Shown one piece after another: positions 9,889 to 22,651 of a DNA stretch of 64,000 bases. The DNA lies in contig CAVSIV010000002.1 in NCBI GenBank assembly GCA_963728205.1, positions 544,001 through 608,000 on the forward strand. Reading direction: 5' to 3'. A program made the translations under genes and the position numbers. Numbering within the stretch: the stretch's first letter is position 1; every line of letters starts with the position of its first letter. The stretch comes from an uncultured Chloroflexia bacterium (GTDB taxonomy: Bacteria > Chloroflexota > Dehalococcoidia > UBA2979). The notes under the pieces were generated by a model. The model had not been told where the DNA came from, did not search any database, and saw only the letters and a list, made by a program, of their open reading frames with translations.

Positions 9889-10925
9889 CGTGGGTACACA
9901 TCGTTCGTCGGCACGGCGTCGTTGATGGCCTCTGTGACGAGCAACACCGTCGCCTTCGTGAAGTCGACGTGCTGGACGTCCGGAAGCGCCAGCGTCGTCG
10001 ATGCCTGCGGCGCGAGGTCGATGTCCGCCGTGCGCGCGCCCAGCGAGCGGTCGCTGCCGCCGCTCGCCTGCACCGTCAGCGTGACCGCACCCACCACGGG
10101 GATCGGGCTGTTGTTGCGGATCACGACCCGCAGCTCGCCGCTCGCCACGGCACTGGCTGCGCTCACGATCTCGAGGTCGTTCGGGAGATCCGGCGCGATC
10201 ACGGCGTCGACCGCGTTGTTCGCGGCGTCGCGCTCGGCGACCGGTGGATCCGTGCTCACGGCGACGTGCACCTGCGCGCGCCGCTGCACGTACTCGTCCG
10301 GGAAGACGAAGTCGACGGTGTCGTCCGCACGCAGGGGCTCGCCGGCCTTTACCGGCACCGGCTCGGCCGTGCGGCCGTCGACGCTCACGAGGATGCGCGC
10401 GGTCACGTCGACCGTCCCGCGGTTCGCGATGGTCACGCCCAGCCGGTTGTCGCGCGAGAACACCCGCTCGAGCGCGAGGTCGGGTCGGTCCGCGCCTCCG
10501 GGCACGACCGCGGTGGCCGCGCCCGCCGGACCGGTCGGCGACGCCGTCCCGCTCGCGCCGCTCGGCGCGACCACGGCGAGCGCGTCAATCGCACCGGCAC
10601 CGCCCACCACCGCGACCGGCACCCACCCCACGACCATGTCCTGCCCGGCCGGCGAGACGGCCAGCCACTGGCCATCGGCGGACCGCCCGATCAGCTGCAC
10701 GACGGTCCCCGCAGCGAGCCGCTGCACCGGCGCCAGGTCGTTCGCAGGCCCGGGACGCAGGTCCGTCGCCGCCAGCAGCGTCGGCACCGCCGGCGTCGCG
10801 ACCTCGGTCGCCGGCGCATCGGCGCGGTCGCGCAACGCGACGAAGGCGCCGGCGGCGCCGATGCTCGCCGCGAGCACAACGGCCGCCCCGCCAATCCGAA
10901 TCAGCCGGCGCGGCCGACCGCTCAT
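9885..10925 (-). CDS. Membrane-anchored SH3b-like plus Ig-like (CARDB-like) protein
   Basis: N-terminal TM; LRPGP...GRSADGQWLAV...GWVP; PDL...TIANRG...ERDAANN; second Ig-like unit at the C-terminus. Confidence 0.7.
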   Translation of the reverse strand: MSGRPRRLIRIGGAAVVLAASIGAAGAFVALRDRADAPATEVATPAVPTLLAATDLRPGPANDLAPVQRLAAGTVVQLIGRSADGQWLAVSPAGQDMVVGWVPVAVVGGAGAIDALAVVAPSGASGTASPTGPAGAATAVVPGGADRPDLALERVFSRDNRLGVTIANRGTVDVTARILVSVDGRTAEPVPVKAGEPLRADDTVDFVFPDEYVQRRAQVHVAVSTDPPVAERDAANNAVDAVIAPDLPNDLEIVSAASAVASGELRVVIRNNSPIPVVGAVTLTVQASGGSDRSLGARTADIDLAPQASTTLALPDVQHVDFTKATVLLVTEAINDAVPTNDVYPR

Positions 10926-10973
10926 CCCGTCACCTCGCCAGCAGGGGCGTCGCTCACGTCGGCCGCAGCGGCC

Positions 10974-11735
10974 CTAGCGGCCGGGTGCGACGAGCAGCGT
11001 GCGCAGCGTGTTGTTGAACTCGTTCGATTCCTTCACGTCGTCGAGCCAGTCCAATTCCAGCACGTACTCGCCGGTCTGCACGATGGTCACCTGCGTGTTC
11101 ACGGTGGCACTCCGCCCCGGCGCCAGCAGCGTGCGCTGTACGTCCACCACGCCGACCACCTCGCCGGCGGCGCTCGTCACGCGCAGGCCCACCGCGCCGT
11201 CGAAGCGTCCGGCTCCGACGTTCGCCATCCGGATCGTCAGGGTACCGTTCGGCGCGACGAAGGCGTTGGTGATGGTGAGGTCGGGCAGCGCGGGCGCGGC
11301 GGTGGCGCCCGGGGTGGCCGAGGCGCCCGGCGCGACGGGCTCGGCGACGTCGACGACCGGCACGCCGCTCGCGTCGCCGGCCACCGGCTCCACGTTCGAG
11401 GCCGGCACCCAGCCCTGGAGCCGCGAGCCCGGCGGGTACACGACCTGCAGCCAGCTCCCCGACGGCGCGCGCCCGACGACGTCGGCCACGCGGTCGCCGG
11501 GGATGATCGCCACGACCTCGGCCTGGCGGTCGGGCGCCGCGCGCATGTTCGTCGTGAGGGCCGCGCGCACCGTGACGGTGCCACCGGCACCCGCAGTGCG
11601 CGACGGCGCGGTTCCGGCGACCGGCCCTGTGCCGGGCGCGCGACCGGTGATCGCGATCAGCGCGAGCGCGGCCGCGGCGATCAGCACGATCGCCATCCCG
11701 GCCACCGCGGGCGCACGCAGATACCGTCTCGTGAT
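10974..11735 (-). CDS. Membrane-anchored SH3b-like plus CARDB-like protein (paralog); start uncertain
   Basis: NMRAAP...GRAPSGSWLQV...GWVP; LPDLTI...ANVG...VKESNEFNN. Candidate starts: ATC 11735, GTG 11705, ATG 11696. Confidence 0.7.
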   Translation of the reverse strand: MTRRYLRAPAVAGMAIVLIAAAALALIAITGRAPGTGPVAGTAPSRTAGAGGTVTVRAALTTNMRAAPDRQAEVVAIIPGDRVADVVGRAPSGSWLQVVYPPGSRLQGWVPASNVEPVAGDASGVPVVDVAEPVAPGASATPGATAAPALPDLTITNAFVAPNGTLTIRMANVGAGRFDGAVGLRVTSAAGEVVGVVDVQRTLLAPGRSATVNTQVTIVQTGEYVLELDWLDDVKESNEFNNTLRTLLVAPGR

Positions 11736-11758
11736 CGCCCCCGCTCTCGCCCGCCCGC

Positions 11759-12832
11759 TCAGTCCGCGAAGCCGAGCGCCCGCGCGCGCCGCGTCGCGAA
11801 GCCGTCGGTCATGCCCGACACGTAGTCCGCCGCGCGCCGCCACGGCGGGTCCTCCGCTCGCGACCACCCTGTGATCTCCTCCGGGTGCCCGACGTAGTGC
11901 TCGTAGAGGAACGCGACAATCCGCTGGCCGCGCCGAGCCTCGCGCAGCGTCGACTCGTGCAGGTAGACGCGCTCGAACATGAACTCGCGCAGCTCGTCGG
12001 TGGCGGCGAGCACCGCCTCGCCGAGCACGATGCGCGGCTCCGGCCCATCGAACGTCGCGCGCGACGCGAGCACGCAGTCGGTCACCAGCCTCGCGATGCG
12101 TGTGGAGTGGTCGGCGCCCAGGACGTCGCGCACGCCCGCCGGGAGGTCCTGCTCGGCGAGGAGGCCGGCGCGGATCGCGTCCTGGATGTCGTGGTTGAGG
12201 TAGGCAATGGAGTCGGCCAGCTTCACGATCTGGCCCTCGAGCGTGCCAGCCGTCCCCCACGCCTCCGCCGCCACCGACTCGCGCACCTTCGAGTGCTTGA
12301 GGATGCCCTCGCGCGTCTCGGCGGTGAGGTTGAGGCCGGCGCCGTCGTGCTCGAGCGCGTCGACGATGCGCAGCGACTGCTCGTTGTGGCGAAACCCGTC
12401 GGGTAGGAGCGCCGCGAGCTGCTCCTCGCCGGCGTGGCCGAACGGCGTGTGTCCGAGGTCGTGGCCCCAGCCGACGGCCTCCGCGAGGTCCTCGTTGAGA
12501 TTGAGCGCGCGCGCAATCGTGCGGGCGACCTGCTGGACCTCGATGGTGTGCGTCATCCGCGTCACGACGTGATCGGAGTCCGGCGCGACGAAGACCTGCG
12601 TCTTGTGCTTGAGCCGGCGAAATGCGCGCGTGTGGATGATCCGGTCGCGGTCGACCTGGTAGGCGAGCCGCAGCGCCTCAGGGGGCTCGGCGAGCGCGCG
12701 CCCGGCGGAGGTCGCTTCCCGGGCGGCCAGCGCGTGCAGGGCGGCTTCGCGGGCGTCGAGCATCCGGCGAACGTCGGCGAGCGCGGCGGCATCGGGGGCA
12801 CGACCGGCGGCCATGCCCACAGTGTCGGTCAT
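11759..12832 (-). CDS. dgt: Deoxyguanosinetriphosphate triphosphohydrolase (HD family)
   Basis: DRDRIIH...FRRLKHKTQVF, HDLGHTPFGHAGE, ADSIAYLNHD, DYVSGMTD; alternative start 12814. Real part of the ORF track entry 11759..15667. Confidence 0.93.
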   Translation of the reverse strand: MTDTVGMAAGRAPDAAALADVRRMLDAREAALHALAAREATSAGRALAEPPEALRLAYQVDRDRIIHTRAFRRLKHKTQVFVAPDSDHVVTRMTHTIEVQQVARTIARALNLNEDLAEAVGWGHDLGHTPFGHAGEEQLAALLPDGFRHNEQSLRIVDALEHDGAGLNLTAETREGILKHSKVRESVAAEAWGTAGTLEGQIVKLADSIAYLNHDIQDAIRAGLLAEQDLPAGVRDVLGADHSTRIARLVTDCVLASRATFDGPEPRIVLGEAVLAATDELREFMFERVYLHESTLREARRGQRIVAFLYEHYVGHPEEITGWSRAEDPPWRRAADYVSGMTDGFATRRARALGFAD

Positions 12833-12871
12833 CTCGGCCAATCCGTCTACTCGGATGATCACTTGGGTGCA

Positions 12872-12901
12872 TGCACGGCACCGTATAATCTTGCACGGCA
12901 C
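12872..12901 (+). promoter_or_regulatory. ppdK promoter: TATAAT flanked by TGCACGGCAC direct repeats
   Basis: TATAAT at 12884-12889; repeats at 12872-12881 and 12892-12901. Confidence 0.6.
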
Positions 12902-13033
12902 GGGGGAGCGGTGCCCCGCGCGCGATCCCCACGCGCGATCCCTGCTCCCGACGCACTTCGCCGCGCTGTGTCCGGCCGCACCGAAGGGCGGCCGACCCAT
13001 GCGCGATCTCGCGCGCACCGAGAGGTTCCAGCC

Positions 13034-15775
<2,742 letters not shown>

Positions 15776-16045
15776 ACTCGCTTCGAGCGGCACGCGGTCA
15801 GCGTGCTGAGGTGCCGCCGACGGCGTTCCGCTCGCGGTGCGCGTTCCCCGTTCGTGGGTGAACGCGCACGCGTTCGCGGCGAACGCTCGCGCGCGCAGCC
15901 GCCCATCCGCAGCGAAGACTACCGAACCGCGCCGACGCGCTCACGGCGATCGAGTGACGCGCGGCGACTCAGCGCCCCCCGAACCGCCTGCCGGCCTGCC
16001 CGGCGACTCAGCGCCTTCACCAGCCGCCGCTCGAACCCACCCTGA

Positions 16046-17887
<1,842 letters not shown>

Positions 17888-17918
17888 CAGAGCAACCTCC
17901 GGCCACCGCCACTCGGGT

Positions 17919-18638
17919 TCAGTCCGCCTCCTCGCGCCGGTGCTTCGGCGATTGGCGCGCTACCACGATGGTACCTGCCGATGCCGACCCGTATGCGCCC
18001 TGGTACGCGGGCGGCAGCATCGCGGACACGCGCCGCATCATGCGATCGGTCGCCATCTCGGCCGAGCGCGCGTCGGAGCTCTCGGAATCGAGCGCGAACG
18101 GCTCTCCGAACTCCACGCGCAGCCGTGGGCGCCGCCGGACCATCCACTGGAAGAACACGCGCGGGATGCGGATGCGGTCGGTGCCGGTGATCGCGACCGG
18201 CACCACGGGCGCCTTCGCGAGCAGCCCGACCATCGCGGCGCCGGGCAGCGCCGGCCGCATGCCATTCCCGTGCGCTCGCGTGCCCTCGGGGAACATCAGC
18301 ACCACCTCGCCGTTGCGCAGGTAGTTGCGCGCGACGCGCAGCGCGCCCATGTCCCCCGAGAAGCGGCGCACCGGGAAGGCGCCATACGCCCAGAAGTACC
18401 AGCCGATGAGCGGCGTCTCGAAGAGCTCGCGCTTCGCCATCGGGTGCACCCGGCGGCGCGTCGACGCGGCGACCAGCGGCGGATCGAGCAGGTGGTTGTG
18501 GTTCGCGACCAGGATCACCGGGCCCTCGGGCGGCAGCCGCTCCGCGCCCACGACCTCCCAGCGCGCGAGCGAGGAGATCACGGCGCGCGCGAAGTTGTTC
18601 GTGGCGGCGTAGACGTACCGGGAGAGCGCTCGCTTCAA
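17919..18638 (-). CDS. plsC: 1-acyl-sn-glycerol-3-phosphate acyltransferase
   Basis: NHNHLLD (HX4D) and FPEGTR motifs; TTG start with GGAGG SD. Confidence 0.9.
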   Translation of the reverse strand: MKRALSRYVYAATNNFARAVISSLARWEVVGAERLPPEGPVILVANHNHLLDPPLVAASTRRRVHPMAKRELFETPLIGWYFWAYGAFPVRRFSGDMGALRVARNYLRNGEVVLMFPEGTRAHGNGMRPALPGAAMVGLLAKAPVVPVAITGTDRIRIPRVFFQWMVRRRPRLRVEFGEPFALDSESSDARSAEMATDRMMRRVSAMLPPAYQGAYGSASAGTIVVARQSPKHRREEAD

Positions 18639-18670
18639 CCGCGTTCCTCCGCTGCCGCCACCCGGCGGCG

Positions 18671-19369
18671 TCAGGCGGTCGCGTTCGCGGCCTGGTAGGC
18701 CTCGACGCAGCGGTCGACGACCGCGTCGATGCCGAGCGCGTCGGTGTCGATGATGATCGCGTCGCGCGCCGCCTGCTCACGTCGCACCGCGCGGTGGCCG
18801 GTGTCGTCGAGCTCGTCGCGCCGACGCGTCGCCGACAGCACCAGCTCGAACGACGTCTGCCGGCCGCGGTCGAGCTCCTCCCCGAGGCGGCGCCGCGCGC
18901 GCACCTCCGTGGAGGCGTCGAGGAAGATCTTGGTGCGCGCCTCGACGAGCACGCGCGTGCCGATGTCGCGACCCGCCATCACCACCGGCTCGCGCGACGC
19001 GATCGCGCGCTGCCGCCGCACGAGCTCGTCGCGCACCTGCGGGATCCGCGAGACGAGCGACACCGTGCGCTCGATCTCCGGATCGCGCAGGCGGTCCGTC
19101 ACGTCCTCGCCCGCGACGAAGAGCCGCGGCTGCGTCGGGTCGACCCAGCGCATGTCGAGTTCGAGCGAGCGCACCAGCGCGATCACGGCGTCGTCGTTCT
19201 CGAGGTCGGTCTTCGCCTCGAGCGCGGCAAGCGCGCAGGCGCGATACATCAGGCCGGTGTCGAAGAAGCCGAGGTGCAGGCGGTCCGCGACGGCGCGACC
19301 AACCACGCTCTTTCCCGCGGCCGTCGGGCCATCGATGGCGACGCAGCGGGCGATCGGGTCGTCGGTAAT
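18671..19369 (-). CDS. cmk: Cytidylate kinase (probable ATT start)
   Basis: AIDGPTAAGKS, DTGLMYRA, GRDIGT, KIFLDAS..RARRR; GGAGG 5 nt before ATT 19369. Confidence 0.92.
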   Translation of the reverse strand: MTDDPIARCVAIDGPTAAGKSVVGRAVADRLHLGFFDTGLMYRACALAALEAKTDLENDDAVIALVRSLELDMRWVDPTQPRLFVAGEDVTDRLRDPEIERTVSLVSRIPQVRDELVRRQRAIASREPVVMAGRDIGTRVLVEARTKIFLDASTEVRARRRLGEELDRGRQTSFELVLSATRRRDELDDTGHRAVRREQAARDAIIIDTDALGIDAVVDRCVEAYQAANATA

Positions 19370-19473
19370 GAGGGCCTCCGGGGTCCGCGGGGGAATCGAC
19401 CGATGATAGCCAGCGCCCGATCTGAGCGTCCACCGCAAGCGGTCCGGCCCGCCGGTGCTCGCCGCGCCACCCA

Positions 19474-19556
19474 CAGCGACGGCAGCCATGCCGCCGACGG
19501 ATGTGCGGGCGCCGCCGCGGCACCGACGCCTGTCGGCGGCATGCCTGCCGCCGCTG
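19474..19556. terminator. Long imperfect hairpin after rluB
   Basis: Core catgccgccgac/gtcggcggcatg, with outer pairing cagcg..ggcag/ctgcc..cgctg. Confidence 0.5.
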
Positions 19557-19581
19557 CGGACGCGCCCGCGCGCCCTGCCGG

Positions 19582-20325
19582 TTAGTCGAGGTCCACCGCC
19601 GCGCGCAGGCGGGCGAGCTCGTCGGGGTCGAGCGGCCGCGCGACCCCGCGCGGCAGCGACCCGAGGTGCACCGGCCCGAAGTCGGTGCGCACCAGCCGCG
19701 CGACGCGCGACCCGACCGCCTCGAACATGCGACGCACCTGGCGATTCCGCCCCTCGTGGATCGTGAGGCGCACGACGCTGCGTCGCTGCCCGGCGCACAC
19801 CACCTCGACGCTCGCCGGCGCCGTGCGTCCGTCCGCGAGCGCGACCCCGCGGCGGAGCGCGTCCAGCGCGTCGGTCGGGGGTGGGGGGCCGTCGAGCGTG
19901 GCCTCGTAGACCTTGTCGACGCCCCAGCGCGGGTGCGTGAGGCGGTGCGCCAGCTCGCCGTCGGTGGTCAGCAGCAGCAGGCCCTCGGTGTCGCGATCGA
20001 GCCGGCCCACGTAGCGCAGGTCGGGCGGCGCGCCGGGAAGCAGCGCGTAGACCGTCGCGCGGCCGCGCTCGTCCTGCGCGGTGACGACATAACCCGCAGG
20101 CTTGTGCAGCGCGATGGTGGACGTGCCGGAGGGCATCGCGAGCGGCGTGCCGTCGACCTCGATGCGCTGCCGCGCCGGGTCGGCGCGCGTGCCGAGCGTG
20201 GCGACCGCGCCGTCGACGGTGACGCGTCCCGCGGCGATCACGGCCTCCGCGGCACGGCGCGAGCCGTACCCCGCGCGGGCGAGCAGCTTCTGCAGGCGCT
20301 CGGGGCCGGTCGCGGGTTCGGTCAT
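19582..20325 (-). CDS. rluB: rRNA pseudouridine synthase, RsuA/RluB family
   Basis: ERLQKLLARAG.GSRR S4 domain; VGRLDRDTEGLLL; EGRNRQVRRM. Confidence 0.92.
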   Translation of the reverse strand: MTEPATGPERLQKLLARAGYGSRRAAEAVIAAGRVTVDGAVATLGTRADPARQRIEVDGTPLAMPSGTSTIALHKPAGYVVTAQDERGRATVYALLPGAPPDLRYVGRLDRDTEGLLLLTTDGELAHRLTHPRWGVDKVYEATLDGPPPPTDALDALRRGVALADGRTAPASVEVVCAGQRRSVVRLTIHEGRNRQVRRMFEAVGSRVARLVRTDFGPVHLGSLPRGVARPLDPDELARLRAAVDLD

Positions 20326-20365
20326 GCGGACGCGGGCATCGCCGGCAACGGACGCGCGCGGCGCG

Positions 20366-20698
20366 TCAGCGGCGCACGCGGTAGCGCTCGACGATCGTGG
20401 TCTCGCGGTAGGAGGCGAAGACGCGGACGGGCGGCGGCGCGTCGATGCGCGCGGCGGCGGCGCTCGGCGCAAGGCGGCCCACCGTCGATGTCACGGCGTT
20501 GCGCACCGCGCGCTCGGCGGCGAGCAGGGCGAGCCCGGCCGCGACCGACTCCGCGACGACGGGCAGCGCGCGCTGCGCGACCGTCACCAGCGCGGCGGCC
20601 GCGCGGTCGCGCGCGGTCACCGGCAGCATGCGCCGCGCCGGCTCGAGGGCGCGCGACGCGCCCATGGCGTCGGAGGGGAGGGGGGCGGCCTGCATCAT
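20366..20698 (-). CDS. Small hypothetical protein
   Basis: GGAG SD; central hydrophobic helix; beta-like C-terminus RVFASYRETTIVERYRVRR; fills the gap upstream of rluB. Confidence 0.55.
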   Translation of the reverse strand: MMQAAPLPSDAMGASRALEPARRMLPVTARDRAAAALVTVAQRALPVVAESVAAGLALLAAERAVRNAVTSTVGRLAPSAAAARIDAPPPVRVFASYRETTIVERYRVRR

Positions 20699-20799
20699 CG
20701 TCGACTCCGCAACTCGGGCCGCGGCGGCGCCGGCGGCACGTGCCAAGCGTACCGGGCGCCGACAACGGCCACCAGCGACCCGCAGCCGCGCTATGCCGC

Positions 20800-20832
20800 T
20801 GACAACCCGTTGTCACGGAGCGCGCGTACGGT
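20800..20832 (+). promoter_or_regulatory. Palindromic operator TGACAAC-CC-GTTGTCA plus TGTCAC-N10-TACGGT promoter
   Basis: Perfect 7-bp inverted repeat at 20800-20815; -10-like TACGGT at 20827-20832. Confidence 0.6.
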
Positions 20833-20863
20833 TACGCACGACATCCGGGCGGAGGAGGAACCC

Positions 20864-21406
20864 ATGAACTGGCACGACTTCGTGGCGAGCGCGCCGGCGC
20901 TCGCCGCGCTCGGGCGCGAGCGGCTGGACCGCAGCGGGCTCGTGATGCTCGGAACGCTCCGCCGCGACGGCGGCCCGCGCATCACGCCGATCGAGTTCTT
21001 CATCTTCGACGCCGACCTGACGCTGAGCGGGATGTGGCGGTCGATGAAGCTGCTCGACCTGCTCCGCGACCCTCGCTGCGCGCTGCACAGCACGACCGCG
21101 AACAAGGACGGCAGCGAGGGCGACTTCAAGCTCTACGGCCGCGCCATCCCGGAGGACGACGCGGGCTATCGCGAGCGGTGGGGTGCGGCGGTGCACGCCG
21201 CCACCGGCTGGCGGCCGGAGGGAGCGTTCCACCTCTTCCGGGTCGACATCGAGGCGGCTGCGCTCGCGCAGTTCGGCGACGCCGCGCCGGCGACGGCGGA
21301 ACGGCTCCGGACGGACGCGGCGACGCGCGTCCGCGAGTTCGGCGCGGATCCGAACACGTCGGGGTACGTGGTGGCGGATTGGCAGGCGAGGGGCGGGCGA
21401 GCGTGA
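20864..21406 (+). CDS. Pyridoxamine 5'-phosphate oxidase-like (split-barrel flavin/F420-binding) protein
   Basis: LGTLRRDGGPRITP...K..DLLRDPRCALHS; GGAGGAGG SD. Confidence 0.85.
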   Translation: MNWHDFVASAPALAALGRERLDRSGLVMLGTLRRDGGPRITPIEFFIFDADLTLSGMWRSMKLLDLLRDPRCALHSTTANKDGSEGDFKLYGRAIPEDDAGYRERWGAAVHAATGWRPEGAFHLFRVDIEAAALAQFGDAAPATAERLRTDAATRVREFGADPNTSGYVVADWQARGGRA

Positions 21407-21516
21407 CCCGGGGAATCGGCGGTCCGCACGCCGGGACGGCCTGAGGGGCACCGAGTAGCGGGCGGGATCGGAGGTGGCGGGCGGACCCCGGGCTGTTCGC
21501 CACGGCGTGGGCGCGA

Positions 21517-22344
21517 CTACGCCCGCGCGGCGTCCGACATGCGCGCGGCGACGTCGGCCGTGAGGTCGAGCGGTGCGGCGGGCGCGCCGCCGGCGTCGTG
21601 CAGGCGGTGGCCGTCGGCGCGGAGGCGGCCATCCGCGAAGGCGGCGAGCGTCGCGACGAGAAACGGCGCCTCGCAGGACAGCTGCGCCTCGCGGATGCGC
21701 GCGAAGAGCGGCGTCGACTCGAGCGCCGCGTCGTCCATCTCGTCGAGCTGACCGTCCAGCTCGGACCACAGCGGGTCGAAGCCGGCGCCGACGACCGGGT
21801 AGCGGCAGAACGCCGCGACCGGCCCGGCGTCGACGCGCGGGATCGCGACGTGCACCATCACGCCGCTCTCCGGCGCGCGCGAGCGAATGAGCTCGCGGAT
21901 GACCTCGCGCCAGGTGCCGATCGGTCCGCCGGGCAGCGCCGGGTGCAGGTTGAGGATCGTCCGGCTGTCGACGAAGTCCGGCGTGAAGATCAGCATGTAG
22001 CCGGCGAGGACGCCAACGTCGAACGGGTGCGGCGCGATCCGCCGCGCGACCTCGGCATCGAACGCCTCGCGCCACGCGGGGAGCGGCGCGCCGGGCCGCG
22101 AGCGCTCGCCGCCGTGCTCCTTGCGAAAGCGCACCGACGACAGCGTGACCAGCGGCAGCCCGGCACCCTCGACCAGTCGGAGGAACGCGTCGGTCGTGGC
22201 GTCCTCGCCCCGCTCGCGGTTGCAGAAGACGACGCCGAACGCGGCGTCGAGCGTGCCGGCGTCGATCGCGCCGCGCACCGCCTCGAACATGCCCCGTGAC
22301 CCGGCGCCGCGCGCGGTGGTGAACCAGCCCACGCGCAGGGTCAC
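21517..22344 (-). CDS. purN: PurN-like formyltransferase
   Basis: LAGYMLIF, LNLHPALP, GVMVH...VDAGPV catalytic motifs; divergent N-terminal loop. Confidence 0.75.
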   Translation of the reverse strand: MTLRVGWFTTARGAGSRGMFEAVRGAIDAGTLDAAFGVVFCNRERGEDATTDAFLRLVEGAGLPLVTLSSVRFRKEHGGERSRPGAPLPAWREAFDAEVARRIAPHPFDVGVLAGYMLIFTPDFVDSRTILNLHPALPGGPIGTWREVIRELIRSRAPESGVMVHVAIPRVDAGPVAAFCRYPVVGAGFDPLWSELDGQLDEMDDAALESTPLFARIREAQLSCEAPFLVATLAAFADGRLRADGHRLHDAGGAPAAPLDLTADVAARMSDAARA

Positions 22345-22366
22345 GAGCCCGCCTCCGCGCGGAGCA

Positions 22367-22651
22367 TCACCGCGGGTCTTCCTCGACGCCGGGTGACCGC
22401 TGGCGCAGCGTCTCGATGCGCTGCTCGACGTTCGTCAGCAGCTGCTGGCAGCGCTCGGCGAGGCGCATGCCCTCCTCGTAGAGGTCCACGGAGCGCTCGA
22501 GCGGCAGGCCGCCGGCCTCGAGCGCGGCGGAGATCTCCTCGAGGCGCGCGAAGACGGCCTCGAAGCTCTCGGCGTCGCCCGCGGGCGGCGCGGGCGCGAG
22601 GTCGGCCTGCGGGTCGTCGTGCGGCTGGGGTGCGCGTGGTCGGGTCGGCAT
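22367..22651 (-). CDS. xseB: Exodeoxyribonuclease VII small subunit
   Basis: SFEAVFARLEEI...LE.G.LPLERSVDLYEEG...C...L...EQRI. Confidence 0.93.
   Translation of the reverse strand: MPTRPRAPQPHDDPQADLAPAPPAGDAESFEAVFARLEEISAALEAGGLPLERSVDLYEEGMRLAERCQQLLTNVEQRIETLRQRSPGVEEDPR

Noticed and set aside
15962-16015. Possible mini-CRISPR array
   Set aside because: Only two 15-nt repeats, too short, and no cas genes; kept only as a low-interest repeat.
17888-17918. glmS ribozyme
   Set aside because: Only 31 nt separate plsC and glmS; no room for the ribozyme.
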